From contig CAYYMF010000003.1 in assembly GCA_964472755.1 (NCBI GenBank), positions 4,706 to 68,705 of the forward strand: DNA of 64,000 bases. The letters run 5' to 3'. A model generated the notes under the pieces. The model did not search any database. It saw only the letters and a program-made list of their open reading frames with translations, and had not been told where the DNA came from. Positions 32,274-42,886 of this stretch are shown here, piece after piece (position 1 is the stretch's first letter; every line of letters begins with the position of its first letter). This DNA is from an uncultured Chitinophagales bacterium (GTDB lineage Bacteria > Bacteroidota > Bacteroidia > Chitinophagales > JADIYW01). The position numbers and the translations under genes are program-made.

Positions 32274-32741
32274 ATGAAAATTGAATTTTGGGTGATTGGT
32301 AAAAATAGCGACAAATTCATTGATGAAGGCGTGAATGCTTATCTTAAAAAAATCAAACATTTCAATGACATTCAATTCCATATCTTTTCTGATATAAAAA
32401 ATATCAAAGAGACGAATATTCTTAAAGAGAAGGAAGCCGAAAAATATTTATCAAAAATTGAGCCTGACGATTGTATTATTTTATTAGATGAAAATGGAGA
32501 CACACTGAGCAGTCGTAAATTTGCTCATTTCATCGAACAAAGACAAAATCAATCTACAAAAAGATGTATTTTCATCATCGGCGGGGCATTTGGTTTTGGT
32601 GATAAGTTATACAAAAGAAGTAATTACAAAATCTCACTTTCTGAAATGACATTTTCGCACCAATTAATCCGACTTATTTTTTTAGAACAATTGTACAGAG
32701 CCTATACTATTATTCATAACTTTCCTTATCACAACGATTAA
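32274..32741 (+). CDS. rlmH: 23S rRNA (pseudouridine1915-N3)-methyltransferase
   Basis: 155-aa SPOUT-family ORF with IIGGAFGF and the typical C-terminus ...EQLYRAYTI..N.PYH. Confidence 0.92.
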   Translation: MKIEFWVIGKNSDKFIDEGVNAYLKKIKHFNDIQFHIFSDIKNIKETNILKEKEAEKYLSKIEPDDCIILLDENGDTLSSRKFAHFIEQRQNQSTKRCIFIIGGAFGFGDKLYKRSNYKISLSEMTFSHQLIRLIFLEQLYRAYTIIHNFPYHND

Positions 32742-33130
32742 TTATCCAATGTCCTATTCCTATGTTTTCGCAAATAAAGACCGGCAACAGCCATCGTAAT
32801 TGTAAACGTAATTCTAAAAAGCATAGCCTTTATAGTTTTTATCTCATACAAACCACCATTTTTAATATGAAATTGTAGGAACACAAATCACACAATCAAT
32901 CCAACTGATGCCAATAATAAAAGTTGCACTCCTATCCATTGTTGCTTCCAACTTGCATAAGCTGCGAGCAAATAAATCCAGCCACAAATTAAATTGGTAT
33001 AAACAATAAATGGAACAAAATTTCCTTCTTTTGCTCGAATACCAAACCAATCAAAAATTACTCATGAAGTCATAAAAATAGATGCTACTCCAATAAAAAT
33101 CAATAAAGTTGGTTGAAATATTTTTATCCA
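32738..33130 (-). pseudogene. Small 4-helix membrane protein gene interrupted by two in-frame TGA codons
   Basis: The manual minus-strand translation is one frame of 130 codons: MDKIFQPTLLIFIGVASIFMTS*VIFDWFGIRAKEGNFVPFIVYTNLICGWIYLLAAYASWKQQWIGVQLLLLASVGLIV*FVFLQFHIKNGGLYEIKTIKAMLFRITFTITMAVAGLYLRKHRNRTLDN. The TGA codons are at 33064..33062 and 32890..32888. The track ORF 32862..33050 is in a different frame. Confidence 0.7.
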
Positions 33131-33394
33131 TTTCATTAGCTTAAAAATCTACAATAACAAAGTTAAAAATATTTACTATCTGTTATCTAAATACAAATTT
33201 ATTATTAACTACTTATACTTACTTAATTTACAAGTCCTTGAATTGCAAAATAAGTACAAAAATACTTTTTACATAACATCGTTATACAAAATATTTAATA
33301 ATAAGTCAAATTTTTAACAAATTAATTTCAAAATTTGCAAACTTTTTAAATGTTGATAACTTTTATTTAATTGATTGTCAGTATAATAAATATT

Positions 33395-33402
33395 TATTTT
33401 TG
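33395..33402 (+). promoter_or_regulatory. Bacteroidota -7 box TATTTTTG upstream of nrdJ
   Basis: Exact TAnnTTTG lies 58 nt upstream of ATG 33461, inside the spurious N-terminal extension of the track ORF. Confidence 0.4.
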
Positions 33403-33460
33403 CACACATTTGAAAATGAAATTATTTTGTTGTAGTTTTATTTCGTTAAAAAATTTACAC

Positions 33461-36031
33461 ATGGAAATAGCAACTATAGAACCAAAAAACAAGAAAATTA
33501 CTTACGAAGCTGCTAATAATGAAGCGTTAAGATATTTTAAAGGAGATGATTTAGCTGCAAAAGTTTGGGTTACAAAATATGCGTTAAAAGATTCAGATGG
33601 CAACCTTTATGAGGCTAATCCAGATGACATGCATTGGAGAATTGCCAATGAAATAGCACGAATCGAAGCACGTTACCCAAATCCAATGTCTGCACAAGAA
33701 ATTTTTGATTTAATCAAAAATTTTAAATATATCATTCCTCAAGGAAGCCCAATGACTGGAATTGGAAATAATTTTCAAGTAGCATCGCTTTCCAATTGTT
33801 TTGTAATTGGAAATGGCAATAACAGCGATTCTTATGGAAGTATTATGAAAATTGATGAAGAACAAGTACAGTTGATGAAACGTAGAGGTGGTGTAGGACA
33901 CGATTTATCTTATATTAGACCAAAAGGTTCTGCAGTAAAAAACTCCGCATTAACCTCCACTGGCTTAGTGCCTTTTATGGAAAGATATTCGAATTCAACA
34001 CGTGAAGTGGCTCAAGATGGCAGACGTGGTGCTTTGATGCTTTCTGTTTCTATTAACCATCCAGATGCTGAGGATTTTATTGATGCAAAATTAGAACAAG
34101 GAAAAATTACTGGTGCGAATATCTCAGTGAGAATTGATGACGAGTTTATGCAAGCAGTTAAAAACAAAGCAGATTATAAACAAAAATATCCTATCCACAG
34201 TAAACATCCTAAATTTACAAAAACAGTCAATGCAAAAAATATTTGGGAAAAAATCGTTCATAATGCTTGGAAATCAGCTGAACCTGGTATTTTATTTTGG
34301 GATACAATTGCCAAAGAATCTATTCCTGATTGTTATGCAGATTTAGGCTTCAAAACCGTTTCTACAAATCCATGCGGAGAAATTCCATTATGTCCTTATG
34401 ATTCTTGCCGATTATTAGCCATAAATCTATATTCTTATGTAGAAAATCCATTTACAGATAAAGCAAAATTCAATTTTGAATTATTTAAAAAACATGTAGC
34501 ACTTGCTCAAAGAATGATGGATGATATCATCGATTTAGAATTAGAAAAAGTTGATGTAATTTTAGCTAAAATCAATTCAGATCCTGAAGAAGAGTATTTA
34601 AAATTATCTGAAAGAACGCTTTGGGAAAAAATCAAAGAAAAAGCCATTCAAGGGAGAAGAACTGGCGTAGGCATTACTGCCGAAGGAGATATGTTAGCCG
34701 CTCTTAATTTAAGATATGGAAGTGAAGAAGCAATAAATTTTTCTATTGAGGTGCACAAAACTTTGGCATTAGCTGCTTATCGTTCGTCAGTAGAAATGGC
34801 AAAAGAAAGAGGAGCATTTGAAGTATTTGATGCAGAAAGAGAAAAAGAGAACCCTTTTATTTTACGATTGAAAGATGCAGATCCTGATTTGTATGCTCAA
34901 ATGCAATTATATGGCAGACGAAATATTGCTTTATTAACAATTGCACCAACTGGGACCACTTCTTTGATGGCTCAAACTACTTCAGGAATTGAACCCGTAT
35001 TTTTACCTGTTTATAAAAGAAGAAGAAAAGTAAATCCAAATGACAAAGATATACGAGTTGACTTTATTGATGAAGTGGGCGATTCTTGGGAAGAATACAT
35101 CGTATTTCATCACCACTTTAAAACATGGATGAATGTAAATGGTATAGATACCACTAAAAATTATACGCAAGAAGAAATCAATGAATTGATTGAAAAATCT
35201 CCTTATTACAAATCTACTTCTAATGATGTGGATTGGTTGAGCAAAGTAAAATTACAAGGAGCTGTTCAAAAATGGGTTGATCACTCTATTTCTGTTACAA
35301 TAAATATTCCTAATGATGCTACGGAAGAATTAGTCAATGAATTATATTTAAAAGCTTGGGAAGTTGGCTGTAAAGGTGTTACTGTATATAGAGATGGTTC
35401 TCGTTCTGGCGTTTTGGTCGCTGCTGATAGCAAGAAAAAAGAAAATACAGATGACAATATAGGTGGTGTATTAACAAACAATTTCCCAACCAAACGTCCA
35501 CAAATATTAGAAGCTGATGTTGTTAAATTCCAAAACAACAAAGAAAAATGGATTGCATTTGTTGGATTAATAGATGAAAAACCTTATGAAATTTTTACTG
35601 GTTTGGCAGATGATGATGAAGGCATTTCTATTCCTCGTTGGGTACAAGATGGACACATCATTAAAAATAAAGATGAAAAAGGCAATACTCGTTATGATTT
35701 CCAATTTAAAAACCAAAGAGGTTATAAAACCACTATTGAAGGTTTGTCCCATAAATTTAATCCTGAATTTTGGAACTATGCCAAATTAATTTCAGGTACA
35801 CTTAGACATGGAATGCCATTAGTAAAAGTGGTAGATTTAATCAACCATATTGAGTTAGATTCTGAGTTTATCAATAACTGGAAAGCGGGAGTGGCTCGTG
35901 CTTTAAAACGTTATATTCCTGATGGCACAGAAGCTTCTGGGCACAAATGTTCCAGTTGTGGCTCTAACGAGGTCGTTTATCAAGAAGGTTGCTTGACATG
36001 CAAAAGTTGTGGCTCAAGCAAATGTGGTTAA
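33461..36031 (+). CDS. nrdJ: Adenosylcobalamin-dependent (class II) ribonucleotide reductase
   Basis: Start preferred at MEIATIEPKNKK. It has active-site STNPCGEI, TIAPTGT, and the C-terminal Zn-ribbon tail CSSCGSNEVVYQEGCLTCKSCGSSKCG. Confidence 0.92.
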   Translation: MEIATIEPKNKKITYEAANNEALRYFKGDDLAAKVWVTKYALKDSDGNLYEANPDDMHWRIANEIARIEARYPNPMSAQEIFDLIKNFKYIIPQGSPMTGIGNNFQVASLSNCFVIGNGNNSDSYGSIMKIDEEQVQLMKRRGGVGHDLSYIRPKGSAVKNSALTSTGLVPFMERYSNSTREVAQDGRRGALMLSVSINHPDAEDFIDAKLEQGKITGANISVRIDDEFMQAVKNKADYKQKYPIHSKHPKFTKTVNAKNIWEKIVHNAWKSAEPGILFWDTIAKESIPDCYADLGFKTVSTNPCGEIPLCPYDSCRLLAINLYSYVENPFTDKAKFNFELFKKHVALAQRMMDDIIDLELEKVDVILAKINSDPEEEYLKLSERTLWEKIKEKAIQGRRTGVGITAEGDMLAALNLRYGSEEAINFSIEVHKTLALAAYRSSVEMAKERGAFEVFDAEREKENPFILRLKDADPDLYAQMQLYGRRNIALLTIAPTGTTSLMAQTTSGIEPVFLPVYKRRRKVNPNDKDIRVDFIDEVGDSWEEYIVFHHHFKTWMNVNGIDTTKNYTQEEINELIEKSPYYKSTSNDVDWLSKVKLQGAVQKWVDHSISVTINIPNDATEELVNELYLKAWEVGCKGVTVYRDGSRSGVLVAADSKKKENTDDNIGGVLTNNFPTKRPQILEADVVKFQNNKEKWIAFVGLIDEKPYEIFTGLADDDEGISIPRWVQDGHIIKNKDEKGNTRYDFQFKNQRGYKTTIEGLSHKFNPEFWNYAKLISGTLRHGMPLVKVVDLINHIELDSEFINNWKAGVARALKRYIPDGTEASGHKCSSCGSNEVVYQEGCLTCKSCGSSKCG

Positions 36032-36066
36032 TTCAATAAAAATAAATATTTCTGGACAATAAAAAT

Positions 36067-36088
36067 GCCCAACTCCTAAGAGTTGGGC
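36067..36088 (+). terminator. Hairpin downstream of nrdJ
   Basis: GCCCAACTC-CTAA-GAGTTGGGC: a perfect GC-rich 9-bp stem 35 nt after the stop. The T tract is weak. Confidence 0.55.
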
Positions 36089-36254
36089 TTCATACAACCG
36101 CAAAGAAAACAGCCATAACTAGCGGTCAATACTTGGGCAAAGATTCAACTAATATTCCAAATCTTCAATTTTAAACCAATTATTAAATTATCAAATCTAG
36201 CCCAAAGATTTAGTTATTTTTTAAAATAAGCTATATTTTATTAATTTTTGTTAG

Positions 36255-36262
36255 TACTTTTG
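36255..36262 (+). promoter_or_regulatory. Bacteroidota -7 box TACTTTTG
   Basis: Exact TAnnTTTG lies 42 nt upstream of ATG 36305. Confidence 0.4.
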
Positions 36263-36304
36263 TAGGACAAGTATCCTATTTTCAATTCTTTAAGCAGAAA
36301 ATAC

Positions 36305-37567
36305 ATGAAATTCATCATTACATTTTTTATATTTTTTTTATATATAAATAATTTTGCACAGTGTGATACCAACCGATACCGTAAAGAAATCTTTGAAGAT
36401 TTGATTACACATGAAGATATTATTTACGGCAACAATAAAGACAATAAGGGCGTTTCTACTAATTTATTAATGAGTGTTTACGAACCAAATGAAGTAAGTA
36501 TTACCGAACTTCGACCACTAATTATTTTTGTACATGGTGGTTCATTTATTGGAGGTGATAGAACCGACCAGCACCTTGATTCAACTGCACAACGATTTGC
36601 AAGAATGGGTTATGTATCAGCAAATATTGAATATAGATTAGAACAAACTGTTTTTATTTCTCCTTATGTAAATTTTGCTGATAAAAATAACTGGTACAAA
36701 GCTATGATTCGTAGCATACAAGATATTCGAGCCAGTATTCGTTACTTTAAGAAAGATGTAGCCGAAAATGGCAATATTTATAATATTGATACTTCTAAAA
36801 TAATTCTTTATGGTATTTCCGCAGGTGCAATTGCTGGGTTGCATGCTGTTTATTTAGATAATTTAGAGGAAGCATCAACTCCTTTTAAGAAAAATTTTAT
36901 TGAATTAGGCGGTTTTGAAGGAAATAGTGGAAGTGCTGGATATACTTCTAGTGGAATTAAGGCAGTCGTGAATTGTAGCGGAGCTATTGATGATGTGAAT
37001 TATATCAACAATAACTTAGATATTCCACTTATCTCTTTTCATCATAAAATTGATTTAACTGTTCCTTTTGACAAAGGTTGTTTTATAACTGTGGCTTGTT
37101 TTTTAGGCGATTTTTATGGTAGCAATCAAATTTCACAACAAGCTAAAAAAATTGGGTTCCCTTATGAGTTTTACCCAATTAATAAAGAAGGACATCCTGC
37201 TGATGATTTTAATGACAAGCCTGTTCATGAAATGGTCGTAGAAAAAACAACGGCTTTCTTATACAAACATGTTATTTGTACTGATCAAATGACCCCAATT
37301 ACTAAAAGAGAAACGAAAACATTTAATATTTATCCAAATCCTAGTAAAGGCTGGATTACCATTGAAAATGAAGCCAATTTATACAATCAAGCATGTAGCT
37401 TACAAGTGATTGACCAATTTGGTAATATAGTAAGTGAGCAACAATTTATTGCTAATGCTAATAATCAATTTGCTTTTGCATTATCTAATGGCATCTATAC
37501 GTTAAAAGTTCTTTCTAATAAAGACTTTACAGTACAATATATTTCAAAACTAGCTATAATACAATAA
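36305..37567 (+). CDS. Secreted alpha/beta-hydrolase (carboxylesterase-like) with T9SS C-terminal sorting domain
   Basis: 420-aa ORF with a signal peptide, oxyanion-type HGGSFIGGD and nucleophile elbow GISAGA. The last ~80 aa (FNIYPNPSKGWITIE...YTLKVLSNKDFTVQYISKLAIIQ) look like a Por/T9SS secretion tail. Confidence 0.82.
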   Translation: MKFIITFFIFFLYINNFAQCDTNRYRKEIFEDLITHEDIIYGNNKDNKGVSTNLLMSVYEPNEVSITELRPLIIFVHGGSFIGGDRTDQHLDSTAQRFARMGYVSANIEYRLEQTVFISPYVNFADKNNWYKAMIRSIQDIRASIRYFKKDVAENGNIYNIDTSKIILYGISAGAIAGLHAVYLDNLEEASTPFKKNFIELGGFEGNSGSAGYTSSGIKAVVNCSGAIDDVNYINNNLDIPLISFHHKIDLTVPFDKGCFITVACFLGDFYGSNQISQQAKKIGFPYEFYPINKEGHPADDFNDKPVHEMVVEKTTAFLYKHVICTDQMTPITKRETKTFNIYPNPSKGWITIENEANLYNQACSLQVIDQFGNIVSEQQFIANANNQFAFALSNGIYTLKVLSNKDFTVQYISKLAIIQ

Positions 37568-37610
37568 AAAATTATCCATTGAATATTCCTAAATTCTTGT
37601 AATTTTAGCT

Positions 37611-39755
37611 ATGGATTTATTTAGTCATCTTCAAACAGATATTAGTAAAACGGCACAAACATTACTTCTAAAAGTTGGACAATTTGTACCTGAAAATGAA
37701 TCGGAACAATTATGTAATGACTTAAAATCTATCATTAATTATTACGATAAAAAATATTATGTCGATGCTGATTCACCTATCAGTGATTTTGATTATGATA
37801 TGCTGTTCAAACAGCTTAAAGAACTAGAAGCAACTTATCCAAATTTAATCACTGCAGATTCCCCAACACAACGAGTTGCAAAAGGTTTAAATGAAACTTT
37901 TCAAACTGTTCAACATCTTGTACCAATGATGAGTTTGGAAAATTCCTATAATATACAAGATTTAAGAGAATTTGAGCGAAAAGTAAAAGAATTGGTTGCT
38001 GCAAACGAAAAAATTGAATATATCTGTGAGCCAAAATTTGATGGTTCATCTATTGCTCTTGTGTATGAAAACAATCAACTAGTACGTGCTGCTACACGTG
38101 GAAACGGTATTGAAGGTGATGATATTACACCAAATGCAAAAGCTATAAAATCCATTCCATTAAAAGCAAATTTTTCACAATTTGGAATTTATAAAATTGA
38201 AATTCGTGGCGAAGTAGTGATGCAGCTTGCTGTTTTGGAGCAATTGAACAAAGAACGTTTAGAACAAAATATAATTCTAAAACAAGAAAATAAAAAAGAA
38301 TTAGAGCTATTTAAGAATGCAAGAAATACCGCTGCTGGAAGCTTACGTTTAAAAGACAGTGCCGAAGTTGCAGCTCGAAAATTAGATGCTATTTTGTACC
38401 AAATTGGTTATGCTGAAGATAAAAATGGAAACAATATTACATTTTCTGAAATTTTCAAATCACATGACTACAATTTAAAATTACTTAGTGATTTAGGCTT
38501 TAAAACACCTTTTTTAGACAAAACATTAAGCGAAGATATTGACCAAATTATGGCTACTTGCTTAGATTGGCAAGACAAAAGAGATAATTATCCAATCGAC
38601 ATTGACGGTATGGTTATCAAAGTAAACAATACCAAATTACAACAAATTATCGGCAAAACTTCCCATCATCCAAAATGGGCGACAGCTTTTAAATTCAAGC
38701 CAAAACAAGGTTTATCAATTTTAGAAAATGTAGAATTTCAGGTGGGTCGAACTGGTCAAATTACACCAGTGGCTAAAATCACACCAGTGCAATTAATGGG
38801 TGTTGAAATTAGCTCTATTTCTCTTCACAATGAAGATTTTATTATTGATAAAGATATTCGTCTTTATGATACTGTAATTGTAGAAAGAGCTGGTGATGTA
38901 ATTCCATACATTGTTGGGAGTTTGCCTGAAAAAAGAAATGGAAACGAAATCAAAATAGAATTTCCTAAAAATTGTCCATCTTGCACTCATCATTTGTATA
39001 AAAATTTAGAAGAAAGTGCTTGGCGTTGTATCAATACAAATTGTCCTGCACAATTGGAAGAACATTTGATTCATTTTGTATCCAAAGCAGCAATGGATAT
39101 TTTCGGTTTTGGAGAAGAAAATGTTAGAACATTTTTAAAAGAAAATCTCATTTCTAATATCGCTTCAATTTATAAAATTGATTATGAAAAAGTAGCACAA
39201 TTAGAAGGATGGAAAGTTAAATCTATACAAAATCTAAGGGAAGGTATTGAGCAATCTAAACAAAATGAAAATTGGCGATTGTTGGTAGGCTTGGGTATTA
39301 GACATATTGGAACAACTACTGCAAAAATGTTAGCAAAACAAGTAGAACATCTATTAGATTATGCTAATTGGACTGAAGAAAAATATATGCAACTTGAAGA
39401 TGTAGGTCCAAAAGTTGCTTTATCACTTCAAGCATTTTTCTCTGATGAAAGTAATATTGAATTATTGAAAGAATTAGAAAGTCTTGGCTTAAATTTAAAA
39501 CGTACAGAACGAGTATTACATTCTGAAAAATTAGCTGGCAAAACATTTTTATTTACTGGAACATTAACGCAATTTTCAAGAGATGAAGCCAAAATTTTAG
39601 TAGAGAATAATGGCGGCAAAAATTTGAGTGCAGTAAGTGCAAACTTAGCTTATTTAGTGGCTGGAGAAAAAGCAGGAAGTAAATTAACCAAAGCTCAAAA
39701 AATTGAAAGTATCCAAATTATTGATGAGTTTGAATTTTTAAAAATGATAGAATGA
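37611..39755 (+). CDS. ligA: NAD-dependent DNA ligase
   Basis: 714-aa ORF with adenylation Lys in CEPKFDGSS, Zn finger CPSCTHHLYKNLEESAWRCINTNCPAQ, HhH repeats and a C-terminal BRCT domain. Its N-terminus is ~25 aa longer than usual. Confidence 0.95.
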   Translation: MDLFSHLQTDISKTAQTLLLKVGQFVPENESEQLCNDLKSIINYYDKKYYVDADSPISDFDYDMLFKQLKELEATYPNLITADSPTQRVAKGLNETFQTVQHLVPMMSLENSYNIQDLREFERKVKELVAANEKIEYICEPKFDGSSIALVYENNQLVRAATRGNGIEGDDITPNAKAIKSIPLKANFSQFGIYKIEIRGEVVMQLAVLEQLNKERLEQNIILKQENKKELELFKNARNTAAGSLRLKDSAEVAARKLDAILYQIGYAEDKNGNNITFSEIFKSHDYNLKLLSDLGFKTPFLDKTLSEDIDQIMATCLDWQDKRDNYPIDIDGMVIKVNNTKLQQIIGKTSHHPKWATAFKFKPKQGLSILENVEFQVGRTGQITPVAKITPVQLMGVEISSISLHNEDFIIDKDIRLYDTVIVERAGDVIPYIVGSLPEKRNGNEIKIEFPKNCPSCTHHLYKNLEESAWRCINTNCPAQLEEHLIHFVSKAAMDIFGFGEENVRTFLKENLISNIASIYKIDYEKVAQLEGWKVKSIQNLREGIEQSKQNENWRLLVGLGIRHIGTTTAKMLAKQVEHLLDYANWTEEKYMQLEDVGPKVALSLQAFFSDESNIELLKELESLGLNLKRTERVLHSEKLAGKTFLFTGTLTQFSRDEAKILVENNGGKNLSAVSANLAYLVAGEKAGSKLTKAQKIESIQIIDEFEFLKMIE

Positions 39756-40156
39756 AAGCGAGTGTTTTAGATATATTTATAGCAAGATTTTATCCTCAAA
39801 CAAAAGAAAAAATAAATGATTTAATTGCTGATTCAATTTTGTTGAAAAAACTAACAGATGCAGCCTATACAAAATTAGAATCTTCGATTCAATATTATGC
39901 AGATATCTCCGAGCAAATAAAATATATAATACTTATTTTGAATGATTGGGCAAATAAAAACTATACAAATATCAATGAAAAGAAAATTATATTAGGCATT
40001 TTAGTATTATTGTATTTTGTAAGTCCAATTGATATAATACCTGATTTCATTCCTTTCATTGGGAAAAAAGACGATATATTTTTACTCAAAAAAGTGAGCA
40101 AAGGATTAGATAAAGAAATATTAAAATACAAGCAATGGAGGAAGGCAAATTTCTAG
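39752..40156 (+). CDS. DUF1232 (YkvA-like) membrane protein
   Basis: 134-aa ORF with the DUF1232 signature SPIDIIPDFIPFIGKKDD. It overlaps the ligA stop (ATGA). Confidence 0.75.
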   Translation: MKASVLDIFIARFYPQTKEKINDLIADSILLKKLTDAAYTKLESSIQYYADISEQIKYIILILNDWANKNYTNINEKKIILGILVLLYFVSPIDIIPDFIPFIGKKDDIFLLKKVSKGLDKEILKYKQWRKANF

Positions 40157-40157
40157 T

Positions 40158-41600
40158 TTAAACAATCTTGCCGATTAAAGTTCCTTGCGTAATTGTTTCA
40201 ACTAAAACATTTACATAATCACCAATTTTTGCATTACCTCTTGGAAAAACTATCATCTTATTTTGCGAGTTACGACCACTAAAATCTTCAGTACTTTTCT
40301 TAGATGTTTTTTCAATTAAAACTTTATATATTTTGCCAATATCCTTTCGATTATTTTCGATAGATAATTGATTTTGTTTATCTATTATTTCTTGTAATCT
40401 TCTTTTTTTCACAGACTCCTCCACATCATCAGGATATTTTCTAGCTGCTAATGTTCCGGGTCTTTCAGAATAATAGAACATATAGCTGTAATCGTATCGT
40501 ACATAATCCATCATTGATAAAGTATCTTGATGTTCCTCTTCCGTTTCGCCACAAAAACCTGCAATCATATCAGAAGAAAGTCCACAATCGGGAATAATTC
40601 TTTTTATGGCATCAACTCTATTAATATACCAATCACGATCGTATGTTCTATTCATTCTTTTTAGGCAAGAGCTACTGCCACTCTGAACTGGCAAATGTAT
40701 ATACTTACAAATATTTTCATATTTTGCAATGGCATACAACACGTCATCTGTAATATCTTTAGGATGCGAAGTGGAAAAACGGACACGTAGTTCAGGATTA
40801 ACCAAAGCCACTTTCTCTAATAATTGAGCAAAATTAACTAAAACCTCAGCTTCTTTATCATCATTTTTACCTTCGCCTCTCCAAGCATAAGAATCTACAT
40901 TTTGACCTAATAAAGTTACTTCTTTATAACCTCTTTTAAATAAATCTTTGACTTCAGCAACGATAGACTCTGGGTCTCGGCTACGTTCTCTACCACGAGT
41001 AAAAGGCACTACGCAAAATGAACACATATTATCACAACCACGCATAATAGAAATAAAAGCAGTAACGCCATTTTTATCTAATCGAACTGGCGAAATATCA
41101 GCATAAGTTTCTTCTCTACTTAATAAAACATTCACTGCTTTTTGTCCACCTTCCGCTTCAGCAATCAACTCAGGTAATGAGCGATAAGCATCTGGTCCAA
41201 CAACAATATCTACTAACTTTTCTTCTTCTAATAATTTAGATTTCAAACGTTCTGCCATACAACCCAACATACCAATCATCATGCCTGGCTTTTGTTCTTT
41301 TAACTCATTGATAGATTGCAAACGTTTTCTTACGGTTTGTTCTGCTTTATCTCGAACAGCACAAGTATTTAATAAAATCAAATCGGATTTAAAAATATCA
41401 GCAGTCAATGAATAACCTTGATTTGCCAAAATAGAAGCGACAATTTCACTATCAGAAAAATTCATCTGACAACCATAACTTTCAATATAAAAATACTTAT
41501 CATTTTTAAATTCAGTTGCCTCCAATTCTATATTTAAAGCCTCCCCTTGTCGAGACTCATCATGTTGTTTATTTTTTACATAATCTAAAAGCTCATCCAT
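40158..41600 (-). CDS. miaB: tRNA-2-methylthio-N6-dimethylallyladenosine synthase
   Basis: 480-aa ORF with an N-terminal UPF0004 Cys triad, radical-SAM [11 protein letters not shown] and a C-terminal TRAM domain. Confidence 0.94.
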   Translation of the reverse strand: MDELLDYVKNKQHDESRQGEALNIELEATEFKNDKYFYIESYGCQMNFSDSEIVASILANQGYSLTADIFKSDLILLNTCAVRDKAEQTVRKRLQSINELKEQKPGMMIGMLGCMAERLKSKLLEEEKLVDIVVGPDAYRSLPELIAEAEGGQKAVNVLLSREETYADISPVRLDKNGVTAFISIMRGCDNMCSFCVVPFTRGRERSRDPESIVAEVKDLFKRGYKEVTLLGQNVDSYAWRGEGKNDDKEAEVLVNFAQLLEKVALVNPELRVRFSTSHPKDITDDVLYAIAKYENICKYIHLPVQSGSSSCLKRMNRTYDRDWYINRVDAIKRIIPDCGLSSDMIAGFCGETEEEHQDTLSMMDYVRYDYSYMFYYSERPGTLAARKYPDDVEESVKKRRLQEIIDKQNQLSIENNRKDIGKIYKVLIEKTSKKSTEDFSGRNSQNKMIVFPRGNAKIGDYVNVLVETITQGTLIGKIV

Positions 41601-41693
41601 AAAATCCTTCTATTTTCTGTCGCAAAGTTACTAAAATCAGTACAAACTTTCAAATCAACAACTCTAAAGCAAATTTAGTCTTTCAAAAAGCAT

Positions 41694-41701
41694 TATATTT
41701 G
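41694..41701 (+). promoter_or_regulatory. Bacteroidota -7 box TATATTTG
   Basis: Exact TAnnTTTG lies 19 nt upstream of GTG 41721. Confidence 0.4.
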
Positions 41702-41720
41702 TACTAAATTCAATTTATTT

Positions 41721-42686
41721 GTGCTTAAATACCTAAAGTCCACTCAATTTTCAGCATTTTTATTGCTTGGAATTATATATTTAATTCTAAAACTTCCTCT
41801 TTTAATTCACTTAGAGCAAGAACCTATTATTATTCAATCTTTTTCAGCTGTTTCGCCATATATATTTCTTGAAAATACATTTTGGTCATTTATTATTGCT
41901 CAAATTATTATTATCGTCCAAGCAATTTGGATAAATTTTCTATTTAGTGAATCGACATTTGTTCGAGCAAAAACTATAATTCCAGCATATCTATTTATGA
42001 TTCTAAATGCCACAATAATAAGTTATAACTATTTAAACATTTATCACTTAATTTTTACAATTTTACTTGGGCTGTATCAAATATTCCTCAAAATCAGTTT
42101 TAAAGAAAAAGCAAAATCTGATATCTTTAATGTTGGTGTTTTATTTGGCTTCTTGATAATACTTTTCCCAAATAGCATCCTACTTACACCCATTTTGATG
42201 TTAATTACTTATTTTCTTAAACCTTTAAAACTCATAGAAATATTTCTTGTACTCATAGGGATTTTATGCATTCCTTACTTTTATTTCTCAATAATGTATT
42301 TGATGGAAATAAAACTAGTTTTACCTTTTGATTTCTATTTTTATCTACCTACAATTTTTAACGGAGATACACCCACACAAATTATTTTATTACTTATTGC
42401 TATTGGTTCAATAATCAGTATTTGGGGAATGTTCGGCATCAAGCAATCAACAGAAAATAGAGTAAAACGAAATGTTGATATGCTCTATTTATTAAGTATT
42501 GGTTTATTATTGGTAATTATTTTTAGTACTTACTATTTTCCAGATACCACATTACTCATTTTTTTTCCTTCAACTTTATTTTTAAGTATTTTTTTACATA
42601 GAATAAAAAAACAACGAATAACTGAAATCTTTAACTTATTTTTGCTTATTAGTATAATAACTTACACTTTTCACAAATATTTTTAA
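41721..42686 (+). CDS. Polytopic membrane protein of unknown function
   Basis: 321-aa ORF (GTG start in the track) with ~9 hydrophobic helices. No motif recognised. Confidence 0.6.
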   Translation: MLKYLKSTQFSAFLLLGIIYLILKLPLLIHLEQEPIIIQSFSAVSPYIFLENTFWSFIIAQIIIIVQAIWINFLFSESTFVRAKTIIPAYLFMILNATIISYNYLNIYHLIFTILLGLYQIFLKISFKEKAKSDIFNVGVLFGFLIILFPNSILLTPILMLITYFLKPLKLIEIFLVLIGILCIPYFYFSIMYLMEIKLVLPFDFYFYLPTIFNGDTPTQIILLLIAIGSIISIWGMFGIKQSTENRVKRNVDMLYLLSIGLLLVIIFSTYYFPDTTLLIFFPSTLFLSIFLHRIKKQRITEIFNLFLLISIITYTFHKYF

Positions 42687-42886
42687 TATTTTTTTTCAAA
42701 AATCACAAATTCCATAAAATATCTATAAAATAATTAAAAATCTCTAATAAAAGTAATATTTTCTATTATTATCTAAGTTTTACGACACATTTATTAAATA
42801 AAAAAAAATTAAACGACACGTCTATCTTTTTTTCCAATATTGTATTTTTATAGGAACAACTATTCAAATCACCTAAATAAAAAAAG

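Noticed and set aside
32738-33130. Alternative genetic code (TGA = Trp or Gly), or selenocysteine, as the explanation for the two in-frame TGA codons
   Set aside because: More than 55 long genes in the window are uninterrupted under the standard code and use TGG for Trp throughout. Under TGA reassignment the six-frame track would be fragmented. TGA also sits where homology says xth (6623..6625) and ligA should end. The context is a hydrophobic helix with no redox motif and no obvious SECIS-like hairpin, so selenocysteine is unlikely.
33131-33460. Cobalamin riboswitch or NrdR boxes upstream of the B12-dependent RNR gene
   Set aside because: The 330-bp spacer is extremely AT-rich, with no GC-rich helices, no B12-box-like GCCACTG, and no convincing palindromic NrdR-type pair by eye. 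A covariance-model scan would be needed to be certain.
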